From: Octopus sinensis
Taxonomy: Eukaryota
Direction: 5' to 3'
Assembly (NCBI RefSeq): GCF_006345805.1
Contig: NC_043012.1
Location: 31,000,001 to 31,064,000 of the forward strand
Length of the DNA stretch: 64,000 nt
Positions within the stretch are counted from its first letter, which is position 1. Each line of letters starts with the position of its first letter. The notes beneath the pieces are model-generated. The model ran no database searches, had not been told where the DNA came from, and saw only the letters and a program-made list of their open reading frames with translations. Shown here piece by piece: positions 1-13,712 of this stretch. Made by a program: the position numbers and the translations under genes.

Positions 1-67
1 AGATACCCGCTTATTTTCCATATCGGCAGAACCACTGATTCTTTTCATAAATGTGGGCCACACTTAA

Positions 68-84
68 ACACACACACACACACG

Positions 85-128
<44 letters not shown>

Positions 129-135
129 TACACAC
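68..135. repeat. (CA)n microsatellite
   Basis: Directly visible. Confidence 0.95.
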
Positions 136-539
136 TATTCACCGACCTCCTCCAGATACTAAATGCATTAGAAATAGCAGCCAACCTTCTAGGGAATCAC
201 CAGGTCCTGAAGAATTAATAATAAAAAAGGACGTTAGATTTGGACACAGTAGCTTCCGATTCACAATAAGACCGGATGGTCATGCCAGGAATGCTTTTGA
301 GATGAAGTGAAACGGCATTGAAGTGAATCAGATACACACCTGCATATATGCACACTTCCGGGCAGACTCTCAGGTATTTGTGTATGGTTGTATACGACAT
401 GTACTCACAAAACTCATCTTCTAAAGTGAGTGTTACCTTTCGGTAGACACCCTCGGAACACGTGGAACAGTGTCCAAAATAAGGACGAAGGCCTATCAGG
501 ACATGGTTCCCACATGTTTACTCTTTGACTGCAAAACGT

Positions 540-870
540 CGACGCTTTACCAAATTCATGCCGTCGCAACTTCTGGTGGATAAGTCATGTAATTCGCCTG
601 CCAGAGCACCGGAACCATTATATAGCGAGCTCCAAGACAAACGCTCCCGAGGATGCCAGAAAGAAAAAAGCGCTTGAAAATCAGTTTAAAAGCTTCTCTA
701 AAGGCCTCCAGCATCAGCCATGTCACATGGGAGCAGACGGTGGCAAGTGGTGGTCAGCTGTCCGAAATGGCTTGCAGACCTACGAAACCAACAGGATTGT
801 TGGAGTTGAGCAACATAGGATGGCCAGGAAAACAGCACTGGTTACTACCCCCACTTATATAAAACACACA
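540..870 (+). mobile_element. RTE-clade LINE, decayed 3' fragment
   Basis: Frameshifted translation HVIRLPEHR..LYSELQDKRSRG..KKRLKISLKASLKA..WEQ..KWWSAVRNGLQTYETNR resembles the RTE/BovB C-terminus (by eye). Confidence 0.75.
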
Positions 871-1856
871 AACACATGGCGGGTTCCCACACAGTTTATC
901 CACAAGATATTAGTCCGCCCGGGGCAACAAGAGCAGACAGTTGCCCAAGGTATCTCGTTGTGGAGTTGAATCCCAAACTACGTAATCGCAAGGAGAGCAT
1001 CAACGCTTTCGCCTATATAGAATGGAAGTAAAACTAAGAAGTTGTGACGTGCATGCCTTTCCCAAATATAAGGTAATTTGGAGTGGTGGGTGAACCTGAT
1101 TCATCACCTTGTTTGTAATGAACTGTAATATCTTTCATTCCCGAATCGAAACCGCTATGGTGTAATGCCTGGTTGGTAGGGTCCATTGATCTTTGAAATA
1201 AAGGACAAATAGGAATTTTTAGGGTTCAAATTTTTTGTAAGGATAACTCCAATATATACATTGTTGATTGATTTAAACCGGGAATCGTAACTTTATCACC
1301 ATTGCACTGTAGCTTTCATGTGGATAATGATAATAATGTTAATCACAGCTTTCAAGTAATACTGCAAGCATTCGGTGCTCTACCAATTCTGTCAATCCAC
1401 TGGCCTCACAACAATAACAGCAACAACAATTATTGTTTCAGATTTAAGAACGAGATTAGTAACTTTTAGAGAAAAGGTGTTATTCAATAACATCGGCCAC
1501 AGTATTTGCCGGGTACTTCACATTATTTACCCCCGAGAAAATAAAAAGCAGAGTTAACTTTGGCGAGATACGAACTTGGAACATAAAAGTCCGGAACAAA
1601 TTCTACAAAATGGTTTTTCTGACGCCAACAATTCTGCCAGTTCCCCGCTTTTGGTTTGTGATTTAGACTCAAAGCAAGAAGTTTTGAGGGGGAGGGTGTT
1701 AGCGGTACCAATGACCTCAGTACTTGACTGGCACTTGATTTTATCGAGTTTGGGGCAAGAAAAGCATAATTGTGAGATTTGAACTCAGAAACGCTAAAGG
1801 CCAGAAGAAATACCACATTTTACGGTAATCTGACTATTGAACCAATAAGAATAATT

Positions 1857-2000
1857 ACTCTAGGCACAAGGCCTTGAAAATTTTGGGAGAAGTGGTAAGT
1901 CGATTGCATCGACCCCAATGCGTAACTGGTACTTATTTCATCGATCCCGAAAGGATGAAAAGCAAAGTCGACCTCGGCGGGATTTGAACTCAGAACCTAG
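1857..2000 (-). mobile_element. SINE family B copy (tRNA-derived)
   Basis: Reverse complement of GTTCTGAGTTCAAAT..GAGGTCGACTTTGC..TCATCCTTTCGGG.TCGAT...AAGTACCAG, shared with many copies such as 48987-49216. Confidence 0.85.
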
Positions 2001-2029
2001 CGACGGGCTAGGTTCTGAGTTAAAATTTC

Positions 2030-3004
2030 TGCCCAGAAGGCAAAAGCACTTGGTGTATCCGCCTTGCGAGCCCATCACAAAAGCAACAACCTTTTAAGTC
2101 ACCACAGAACTGCCACTGATGTTCATCATATTTTATGCATTGCAACATATGCTTTATATTCTCATAGGTTTCTTTCATGTGTGATGAATAGCAGACAGGA
2201 ACTGATGGCTCACTTTTGCCATTATTTAGTAAGACACCTTTCAGACTGGTTTTTGACGAATTCATGAATAGTCTCCAGTGACTGGATTTGTATTCAATAC
2301 CAAGTGCTTCAATCAGATCGTTAATATTGTTACAGGCCAATAAATCACCTTCCATTACGAAAAAACTGCTGAACTGCTGCTGACGGTCTTGAAATTTTGA
2401 AATCTTCACATCAACTGCTAGGATACATTCCACTGTTGAAGACGAGAGCTTAGTAGCTCTGTTTTATTTGTAGGTAGTTGTTGATCCCTGGCAAGGTCAT
2501 GAAGTTCCCCTTGTGCTATGAGATGTGGTCTAGAGGAATGTATTTCATCAAAATTTGGGTCACTCTCTAACACAGCACTGTCATCCATCTTTACTTCTTC
2601 CTCACCACTTTGTTCCTGACTCGAAAGATACCGAAGCTGGTGCATCAGGAACAGCTGATGGAATGTTTGGATACTCAACGGAATCATTTTTCTTCTTTGT
2701 TAAGCCCTTTTTTTTTAACTGGAGGTACCAGTCAGAAATAACCATTGTTGGTATGGTCTATTGGCTCCCCCCACATCATTGGCACAGCAAAATGCATTAC
2801 TTCTCTTCTCGTTCAGCCATTGGCGAAAGTTAACAGCACAAGTGTTGCAGCATATGTGAGTAGCTTACTTCATATCCAATCTTGAATCGAAAATATAGGT
2901 GCCTTTCTAACCATAGCAGTTATTCGGCGCTTCTGTGATGCAAAGGCCACCTCGCCACAAATCTAGCAGAAGTTGTCCGCTTTATTCATGCAAGTGCGAG
3001 ACAT
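2030..3004 (-). pseudogene. Chapaev3-like transposase pseudogene (5' half)
   Basis: ATG at 3004 preceded by CAG; ORFs 2418-2687 and 2020-2433; contains stops and frameshifts. Confidence 0.7.
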
Positions 3005-3471
3005 CTGAAAAAAGAAAACAACAAACAATTACAAGATACACAGAAAATCCATAAATTCCTCATTATCATACAGAACATGACAGCTTAGCAGAAGTATTTA
3101 TATAATTCGGTAGGAAAGTAAAATTAATATAAAATGCCTCACATGTATATCAATAGCTTGCTCAATGAATATTTATTATAAGTTCCAAAAGTGTTTGACT
3201 AGGAAAATCACCGACCTTTCATCGCAATATCTAAAGTTATACAGCATAACCATCTTCTATGACTGCTGGAACAATACTGAAGGGCAGTGGGACTGTGAGT
3301 GTGGTAAGAAACACATTGCTGCAAGCTTTTTGGAACCTGTTATGACTCACACGTGTATCTTGAAAAGTAGAGCTACCAAACAGTTTTAACAATGATATTC
3401 ATTATCAGAGACCTAAAATTAGTTGGGAATCGCTTCTCTGGTCTCAGAAGTATTTTCGCTGTTGAGCAGTG
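2030..3471 (-). mobile_element. Chapaev3-like (CMC) DNA transposon, truncated at one end
   Basis: Decayed transposase MSRTCMNKADNFC*ICGE..PHICCNTC..FAVPMMWGEP..DLARDQQL..ELLSSRLQQWN..WRLFMNSSKTSLKGVLLNNG..CGDLK. The terminus reads CACTGCTCAACAG at 3471 on the minus strand. Family assignment is from recall of Chapaev3 motifs. Confidence 0.7.
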
Positions 3472-3690
<219 letters not shown>

Positions 3691-4690
3691 ATTTCATTTA
3701 TTTGCCGCAAGGACGAAGGATGAGGGTGGCGATACAAAGACAGACACAAAGAGTTGGGTTTATATATAATGAAATGATAAAAAAAAAGGAATGAAAGAAA
3801 TTAAGTATACACGATATACACCGAAACAGAAGGGATAAATGCATAACATACAAAGGTAAAAAAAAAAGTGGCTGGGGGTATGATAGAAATGTGGCCCTCT
3901 TGATGCAGGAAGGCCTCTAGGGATAATCGATGAACCCCACTGTCCGAGATTTCTTTGAAACCCCAGGAGAAAGTGCTCTCTTAAATTACTTCTCTCTGAC
4001 TCACAAGTCTACACTTAGAGTGGTACCATCCACTCTTGCCATTTTCGCATCTCTCACTCATCTTTCAATAAACTCCCTTGAGGACAGCACTTCCCTCTTC
4101 ACTCTCAATTTCCTTCTCAAGTGAAACTTGAAGAAGTCAATGAGAGCCCTACCAAAGAGGAATGTATTTGTCCTCATGCCTTTCAGCCTTGTCCACCAGG
4201 CAACCTCTTTCGCCACAGCCACCAGACAAAGGAAACACTGTCTTGCCTGTCTGATTGAAAGAGGGCGGCGGTGGAATCATCACTACAGACTCGGTCGACA
4301 GCCAGCTCCGTCCCACACGTGGCAGCAGCTGTTCAACGTAACCGCACAAATCAGCAAAGCCCGGACATTGGACGAGGGCGTGCAGAACGATTTCATCACA
4401 CTGCTCGCACCTCGGACAAGTCCGTCTGACAGCACATCCGTACCTGTATATTTTATCTCGAACCGGTAGCGCCCCCCGGTAGCACTGCCAGGCGAAATAC
4501 ATCTGGAAATTATCCCTGATAGTTCCCGACCGGAAAGCCCTCCGGAACAGACTAGCCAGTTCGTTCTTGTCGGAGCCCAGAACCACTCCTAGTACGTCCT
4601 TCCCCGCCAATAAACCTTTATAATTTTCTAAAGCGGAACAGCCACCGATCCTTTTGCCCAACTGGTAGAGGGTTGTGAGCGCCTGACCAA
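3691..4690 (-). mobile_element. Tx1/L1-like LINE 3' fragment, diverged relative of 50205-53953
   Basis: ORF 4149-4661: FAWQCYRGALPVRDKIYRYG..CPRCEQCDEIVLHALVQCP (zf-RVT-like CCHC), homologous to ORF 52626-53393; (AAT)n on both flanks. Confidence 0.85.
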
Positions 4691-4743
4691 ATAGTTAATA
4701 ATAATAATAATAATAATAACAATAACAATAACAATAACAATAC

Positions 4744-4793
<50 letters not shown>

Positions 4794-5037
4794 TAATAAT
4801 AATAACAACAACAACAACAGCAACAACAACAGCTATAATAATGATAAGGGTTTCTAATTTAGTTACAAGGATGTGATACTGAGGGTAGGGCTTAGTCAGA
4901 TCGATCCGCTCCAATATTTAACTGATGCTTTATTTTATTGACCCAGAAGCGACGAGAAGCAAAGGTAATATCGATAGGCTTCAGATGCAGAACGTAAAGG
5001 TGCAGTAATGATAAACAATAATAATAATAATAATAAC

Positions 5038-5073
<36 letters not shown>

Positions 5074-5074
<1 letters not shown>

Positions 5075-5294
5075 TGAGCAGGATGGGCTACTCGACCTGA
5101 AGAAAATTCTAACTGGGCCCCACCTGCAAGGTCATGTGCTGTTTATCTTGATATGAGATCACCATGTCGCGCACATATGGTTGTGATGCATGTGCCTGGT
5201 GTACCTTTATCAGACGGGTAGTCATGATGGGTATGCTGGGTTTCGTATATTTTACCCCAGTGTCACTTTGATGGCATGCACTGCTCTCTCACTC
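5074..5294 (+). mobile_element. Probable 3' UTR remnant of a non-LTR element ending in (AAT)n
   Basis: A ~220-nt non-coding block embedded between (AAT)n tracts; identity inferred from context only. Confidence 0.4.
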
Positions 5295-5355
<61 letters not shown>

Positions 5356-5357
<2 letters not shown>

Positions 5358-6083
5358 TGCAGCACAAGACCAAAGCCTCCCCACCAGAAATTACCAAAAG
5401 CCTATAATGAAAAGAAATATAACAAGTAACTGAAGAATATGTGGAGATGGACAAGAAACAATAAATCATATTATCTCTGGCTGCCCAGTCCTGGCTAAGA
5501 AGGAATATATTCACAGACACGACAGAGTTGGGACCTTCATACACTGAAAGCTATGCCAACATTATGGAATAACAACAGAAAAAAGATGGTATAGGCACAC
5601 CCCAGAAAACGAGAAAGCAACCATACTCTGGGATATGCCAATACACATAGATTGAGAAATTAAGGCCAACAGACCAGATATAGTTGTCAGAGATCATGAA
5701 GAAAAAAAATGCTTTCTAATTGATGTATCAATACCAGATGACAACGTGTCTCTAAAAGAAATGGAGAAACTTTCAAAATAGAAAGACCTGGAAATAGAGG
5801 TAACTCGAATGTGGAATCTAAAAACAGAAACAATTCCTATCATAGTAAGTGCATTAGGCATGATAAAAAAATATTCAGACAAATACATCACAAAAACACC
5901 AGGACTTACAAACACATATAACATACAGAAAATTGCACTACCGGGCACTGCCCACGTCCTACGCAAAACACTTTCAATACAGTAACCATCAGAGCATCAC
6001 AACAAAACACAGCACATACCCAAGGCACACAGAGCTGCGCTCGGTAGTGAAGTGAAAGCACGGTATAAAAATAAAACTACTGA

Positions 6084-6087
<4 letters not shown>
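5356..6087 (+). mobile_element. R4/Dong-like RLE non-LTR retrotransposon, 5'-truncated
   Basis: AAQDQSLPTRNYQ..*RICGDGQETINHIISGCPVLA..RHDRV..LWDMPI..RPDIVV..LIDVSIP..KDLEIEV..ALPGTAHVLRKTL* (CCHC plus PD..D restriction-like endonuclease); stop at 5983-5985; (TAA)n on both sides. Confidence 0.9.
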
Positions 6088-6410
<323 letters not shown>

Positions 6411-6769
6411 GGAGGCGCTACGTGGTCGCAAACATCAAAATAATGATAATTTCAATAAAACCCAGTGAGTGAAGCACGAAGGGGCCGGCTATAAAAAAGA
6501 AAAGGGGCCAGAAAATGGACCCTCATGAGGGAGCGGGATTTTATACACTTGTTTACAAAGCAGTCATTTGTGGTGCAAAAACCGCACCCATGCACACATA
6601 AACACCCCCATGTATGTGCGTGTGTGTGTGAATGTGTGTGTGTGTGTATACACACATACATATATAAATAATAAATGTACGGTCACAGACACACACACAC
6701 ACATATATACATATACACACTCACGTAGTATATGTACGTATATATATATGTGTATTTGCGTATACGTAT

Positions 6770-6958
<189 letters not shown>

Positions 6959-7316
6959 CGCACATCCAAAGAAATACATAAGCACATGTCTACCGAGTCA
7001 CGCTGTCACACAGTTACAACTACGATACCGCAACAGCTGCATGGCACACACCCGTGTCGAATTTTTATGATTTTTATCCTCACCAGCATCACCACAAGTT
7101 TCCTCCTCCTCATCCTTCTCATCCTCATCTTCACTACCACCATTATCATCGTCGTCGAATAAACCCTGCCTTAAGACTTTAACTTTTAATGCAGGTTTGG
7201 GTGACGGTGGCGAGGGCACCGTGACTGCATGCCTTGGTCATTTTAAGCTAACATAGACCAGGTTTTTTCCGAGTGCGGCCACAGCCCATTTCTTTTAGAG
7301 AAAAATGAACAGAAAT

Positions 7317-7378
<62 letters not shown>

Positions 7379-7380
<2 letters not shown>

Positions 7381-7650
7381 GTTTCTTTATTGGCCACACA
7401 GGGCTGCACATAGATGGGACAAGTTACAAGGTAGAGCTTTTCTTTTGGGGGATGAAAAAAAGGGGGTGGCGTAGGTTTTCGATCAAGAGGGATCGTAAAA
7501 GGGAAGAAAAGAACAAAAAAATAAAAAAAGAAGAAAAAAAAGAATAAAAAATAAAAAGAATAAAAAAAAAGAAAGGGAAAGGAACAAAAGAAAAGAGAAA
7601 TGAAAAAGGAAGAAAAAGGGGAAAAAAAGGGGGAAGAGGAAAAAAAAAAG
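7379..7650 (-). mobile_element. Tx1-like LINE 3' UTR end inside (GATA)n
   Basis: Reverse complement of CTCTACCTTGTAA.TTGT.C.ATCT.TGTGCAGCCCTGTGTGGC.AATAAAGAAAC, the same 3' end as at 47477 and 53953. Confidence 0.85.
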
Positions 7651-7675
7651 ATAGATAGACAGACAGACAGACAGA

Positions 7676-7737
<62 letters not shown>

Positions 7738-9359
7738 AATAGGTAGAAAGACACATAAAAAAAAGAGTTTGGGAGAAGAATAGGCCCCGTTACTGGATCG
7801 GTCTTTTATTTATTAACCATGAAATGCCTAAAAGCAAAACTGAATTCAACGGGATTTGAACCTACAACACAGAGTCAGAACGAATGGCCGAAAGCGTTCC
7901 ATCCAACGCTCTGACAATTCTGCTATGATGAGGATAACATGTACCGACATTGCCGCCGCCGCCGCCACTTCCAATACAAAAGGCCACTTGAGATTATAGA
8001 AATAACAGCCATGTTTTTCAAATCGAACTCAAACTAAGGATAATATTGTCCTCTACATACTGTATCCGCCAAATCGGCAGGATGGTCACAACTAGAAAGC
8101 TTTTGGTGGTAAGTTTGCATCATGGACAATACTACACCATCGCACCAATAATAACAGCCGTAAACATTATGCTCCTACCGTAACTCTTTCCTTGCAACAT
8201 TGACTTTAATTTCTATAGAGTTTAATGAGCAGTGTGAGAGATCTGTGCACTGACCAATCAGTTCTCGCCATCGGTCCCCCTCGTTGACAACGTCATCAGC
8301 TTCACCCGACCGAATGTTAGGATAAGGTGGCAGCGTTAATAACTCGTGAATTGCATGTCTTACACAAAGTCTCGCCAACAAATTTAGGATCGGTTGCTTA
8401 ATTTTTGTGGTTGTTTTACTCAAAATACGCGGCTTTACGGCAAACTTTTCTCTGAATTTATCACGTTTCATCGAACGTTTGTAATTAGCAAATATTGGAA
8501 ATGAATTGCATATTTAAACGATACAAAATAATAGATTCCTTATACGAAGGAATAGTTCACGATTGCGTGTGAGAATGTTAGTCAACCTGAGCAGCGGTAT
8601 GATTTAATTGGAGTTATTATAGGTCTGAAGATCGAACCTTTTTATTCGACTTCCTGGGTACTCTGGGTTAATTGCATGGAGTTTGAAATCACATCTTACT
8701 GTCTTAATAAAGTAAAGACGCATGAAGAAAATATATCCCTAAATATATATCTGGCTGAAGAAAAACAGGAATTGGGCTCACTGTTTGTCATAGGTGAACT
8801 CGATAGGAAATAACCTGGGGCGAAACTGCAACAAGGTGCCCTCAAATTCACAACATCAATATCTCAAGTGTCCATGTGCTGTACCTGGATATGAGATACA
8901 TAGATATGGCATAGAGACGCGGTACTTCGTACAAGTGCGTTATAGAGGTGGGGTACCCAGGCTTGGTATAAAGGTATGATTGTCTGAGTGTGGTACCTGG
9001 GTGTTTTATGCATGTGGTCTAAATGCGTTTGGTGCAGGTGTGTTAGTACAGGTGTTATATACACCTTGTAGTTGAAACGGTGTTATGAGGTATGATATAC
9101 GGGTGCTACAAAGGTGTCATAATAAACTGTAATATAGATTGTAATACAAGATGTTAAATCCAACGGCTTTACAGATGTCTGACTGTTTGTCTGCCTCTCA
9201 GTCTGCTTGCCTGCCCGTCTGTCTGTCTGCTGGTCTGTCATCATGTTTGTTTTTCTGTTGTTTAAAAATTTCCTTATTATACACACCAGCATCTCTTGTA
9301 CTATCACTATGTTATATACCCGTTTATAATATGCCCTCTCTACATTATACACTCACTTC

Positions 9360-9770
9360 TCTAACATGGCCATCACTTTTATCGTCACAACTATCACCGC
9401 CACCATCTCCAACACCCCCACTATACCACCACCAACACAACTACTATTATCACAACCAAAACTGCTTTCCCCACTCACCACCACCACCACCACTACTAAT
9501 ACTACGACTACCACCACCATCAACAACAACAATAGCCACACCACTATCACTATCAACACCACCACTAGTACCGCCCCCCTGTTTTGGCAACACTCTACCA
9601 CCATCTCCACAAACATCACCATCACTACCAACACCAACACCAACACTGCTGCAACTACGGCTACCAATACCAGCAGCAGCAGCAGCACCACCACCACCAC
9701 CACTACCACCCTTATATATAACCCCATCAGCTCCACCACCGCAACTATCACCCACCCACCACTGTTCCGC
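9360..9770. repeat. Low-complexity CAC/CAA/TAC/CAG region
   Basis: Directly visible; explains the poly-T/P/V ORFs. Confidence 0.85.
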
Positions 9771-10866
9771 CATCAAATTTATTACAACACAGATTGTTTT
9801 TACGACATTGCCCCATGCTGTTCAGAACAGACATATTGTTTGGTCCTCAGGTTAATGTCACCGCAGTCTCCCCGAAAACCTAACCTGACTCTCCCTGAAC
9901 TCTCTCCAAATGTTCCTCCCCACCTAAACAACCCCTAAAACTCTCCCTAAATTCTCACCAAACTCCCTATTCTAATCTCTCAATCGATGTAAACAGTTCA
10001 TAAACTATTTCGAAACACCTAAACACCTCCCCACCACCCTTGTAAATTGTAGAACCGCAAAAAAGAAAAGAGATGCGACACGCACCACAATACACCGCAC
10101 AATAGCCAGCCTATACAACACACACACACACATAAATGTACAACAAGCTATAGAATGGTTTCAAGTTTTAGCACAGGGCCAGCAATTTTAGGAGAGAGTG
10201 TAATTCAATTATACCGACCTCATTTCACAGCTGGTACTTATTTCATTCACCCTGACAGGAAGAAAGACAAAGTCATCCACACTAGGATTTGAACTCAGAA
10301 CGCAAAGACGGATGAAACGCAGTTAAGTATTTTGTCCAATGCTTTAACGATTCTGCCAGTCGTGTTAGTTGTGTGATCTGGGAATGTCAGCTCAGACTGT
10401 TTGGCCAAGTTGCTAGATTTTTCGAGTTCGACTCTTCTTACAGTGTTCTCTTCACTAAGGATCCAGCTGGGTCGTCGGCTCATGTTGGTCGATCTTAAAC
10501 CACGTGGTCACAACATATGATGAGGTACCTTGCGGGGATAGAAACGGACTGGGACTCTGCTCAACGGGTTGTCTAAGGGGACCTGGGAGTATACCAACTC
10601 GCTACAACGGCGCATGCTCCAACATCTGACCCTTGCCTCACATGTTCATAAATATACACGCAACTCACCACACAATGGCTATTATATACTCAGCTCAATA
10701 TGTTATATACACACGCAACATTATATATCGTATTATCTATTTCGTGCATGCAGTACATCTCCTCCTCTCAGAAATACGCACAGAGACACACTCAATGGTT
10801 AGTCTTTGCATAAACATACCCGCAACATGTACTCCGTTTGAACTGTTTTAAACTGCACCAAATATA

Positions 10867-11084
10867 TATTTCTTTACTGCCCACAAGGGGCTAAACACAG
10901 AGGGGACAAACAAGGACAGACAAAGGGATTAAGTCGATTACATCGACCCCAGTGCGTAACTGGTACTTTATTTATCGACCCCGAAAGGATGAAAGGCAAA
11001 GTCAACCTCGGCGGAATTTGAACTCGGAACGTAACGACAGACGAAAAACGCCCGGCTTGCTAACGTTTCTGCCAGCTCGCCGCC
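10867..11084 (-). mobile_element. SINE family B, near full length
   Basis: Reverse complement of the 48987-49216 copy, with a small deletion. Confidence 0.9.
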
Positions 11085-11147
11085 AAATATAGACACCCAC
11101 AACACACTCGTTATGCTGTAGTACACGCACTTACAATCGCAACAGCA

Positions 11148-11186
<39 letters not shown>

Positions 11187-11439
11187 ACACACACACACAC
11201 TCACTCACATGAAAACACATATTCGCTCGCTCACACACACTCCCCCACACACATATACACACATATGTGTGAATGGACCTTGGAGGAACGGACCGTGGGG
11301 GAATGAAAAGTTTATCTCGGCAGCCCTCACAACAATGACAAACAGATGCAGCATGCAAATACGATTCCAGATTCCTAAAAGACAATGCTGCACATCGGAT
11401 GTGCAGCTGGTGGTGCAGTAGAAACTGGCATGGATATAC

Positions 11440-11570
11440 GATGATGACGAGTAGGCGGAAGGGGAGGAGCAGGAGCAGGAGGAGGAAGAAGAAAATGCGA
11501 CGACAAAAACGATGACGATGATCATGATCACGAAGATGACGACGACAAGGAAGATGATAATTATGGTGAA

Positions 11571-11605
<35 letters not shown>

Positions 11606-11760
11606 GGAGGAGGAGGAGGATAACAACGACGATGATGACCAACACCGTCATCATCATGGTCATCATCATCATTGCCATCATCATAGATGATGGGAATGAT
11701 GATGGGGTTGGTGCTGCTGGCAGTAATGATGATGATGATGACTACGACAACTACGGCCAC
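11440..11760. repeat. (GAT)/(GAG) trinucleotide low-complexity region
   Basis: Directly visible. Confidence 0.85.
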
Positions 11761-12882
11761 ATCAGGATAACATTCGCCTTCCCTTTTCACTGTTTTGTGT
11801 GGAGAAATGCAGGTGGCGCTGCAGACATAGGTGCATTTATTGTACGCCTGCATGTATTTTGCCCACCATGTGAGTGCACTCGATGCACCGTGCGAGCAGC
11901 AGTGCATGCACACCCACAGCGCATTAGGCAGCATCAGAGAGATATAAGTTGTTTCTAAACATACAACATGGCCGCAGTCAAATTACCGAAACAAATAAAT
12001 ATAAGCAGGTTAAGGAGAGGGTCGACACTTCTGAGAGAGCACATATTCTGCATGTTTATAAAAAATATTATTTATGTAGTTATATATAGATATATATATG
12101 TGTGTGTGTGTGTGTGTATATGTATGTATATATTATGCCATAAATATTTCTTCAAATAATCCCATTCGAAATCAAAGTGGGAAGGCAGCGTGCATACACA
12201 TATACAGATGAATATATAGAATTAAATTAAAAGTCACGAACGGATAAGATGACAATGATTTAAAAAAAAGTCCTTGAATGAATCAATTAAAACGAAAACC
12301 ATCTTACAGCCGTTTCAGGGAGAAGATACATCTTTTCAGCTTCGGTAATCACATGTTCTTCATCAGAATGTGCGAAGGGGTAGATATATCTTTTCAGTTA
12401 ATCACGTTTCTTTCATCAGAGATTCGTAGTTGTAAATGCGTTTCAAATTTTTAAAAGGTTTCGAATTTTAAAGAGTAACGTAAAAATTGTAAATAAGTGT
12501 AAAAATTTCAAAAATCCGGATTGCCTAAGGATAAGATAAATGTTCATATCGCATGACTACTATAAACAGAAGAAATTGTATATTTATAGCTGAGCTAAGT
12601 CATATACATGAATAACATCCAGGGTGAGTCAAAAACTAGATAGGGAAACCTAATCGTCTTATCTATTTTTTTTATTAAACTGAAAATATTTAAAAGTTGA
12701 AAGAAGCTTGTGTCGACAACCTCAAGTAATAATTTCTTGTCAGTTCATAATATATTGATAGCTTCCTTTAAACATAATTTACAGACTTTGTGTGAGTATT
12801 GTATGGAGTATACTCACCTATAATTGAACGTTTTAGGGAGAATGTTTTATTTCAAAAATTTGAAACGCTTTTATAACTATGA

Positions 12883-12952
12883 ATCTCTGATGAAGGAAAT
12901 GTGATTACCGAAGCTGAAAAGATGTATCTTCTCCCTGAAACGGCTGTAAGAT
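12883..12952 (+). ncRNA. Type I hammerhead-ribozyme-like motif
   Basis: Stem I AUCU/AGAU; CUGAUGA 12887-12893; long stem II closed by AGG/CCU; GAAA 12937-12940; self-complementary ACGGCUGU; GUA site at 12948. Confidence 0.55.
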
Positions 12953-13371
12953 GATTTTCGTTTTATTTTATTCATTCGAGGACTTTTTTTTAAATCACTT
13001 TCATCTTATCTGTTTTAATTTAATTGTATATATTCATCTGTATTTGTGTATGCACGCTATCTTCCAACCTTGGTTTCGAATGGGATTATATGAAGAAATA
13101 TTTATGGTATATTATATATATATAGGAAAAGACCAGAAAGAAGAGAAGACACGAAGGACAAAAAGCCATCGAAGAGGTCACAGGTGTGTGACGAAAGAAC
13201 TTTGACAAATAAACTAACAACGAAAATAATGAAGCCATTGTGAAGATCAAATAAATTGAGAGTGTGTTTGTTGGCCATATGACCGTTCCCAAATATAACA
13301 ATATCTGTTTCAACACATAATCTCACATCGAGGATCTTGCAAAACAGAGAAATAAACGTATATATTCTTTT

Positions 13372-13556
13372 ATGCTTTTATTTTTTTCAGTCATTTGACT
13401 GTGGCCATGCTGAGCTTTAATCGAACAAATTGATCCTAGGACTTATTCTTTGTAAGCTTAGTACTTATTCTATCGATCTCTTTGTCCGAATCGCTAAGTT
13501 ACGGGGCGTAAAAGCACCAGCATCCGTTTTTAAGCCATACTGGGGAAACAAACACA

Positions 13557-13603
<47 letters not shown>

Positions 13604-13712
13604 CGACTTTCTTTCAGTTTCCGTTTCCCAGATCCACTCACAAGGCTTTGGTCGGCCCCGGGCTATAGTAGAAGACACTTGCCAAAACAAGCTACTTACC
13701 ACACAGCCACTC
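13372..13712 (-). mobile_element. SINE family A (tRNA-derived), partial
   Basis: Matches the reverse complement of 39384-39806; internal (CA)n. Confidence 0.85.

Noticed and set aside
6490-6560. TATA-like box, 12-bp palindrome CCCTCATGAGGG and a Fox-like site
   Set aside because: Short motifs next to microsatellites with no supporting exon.
8175-8471. 98-aa minus-strand ORF
   Set aside because: No recognisable domain; length compatible with chance.
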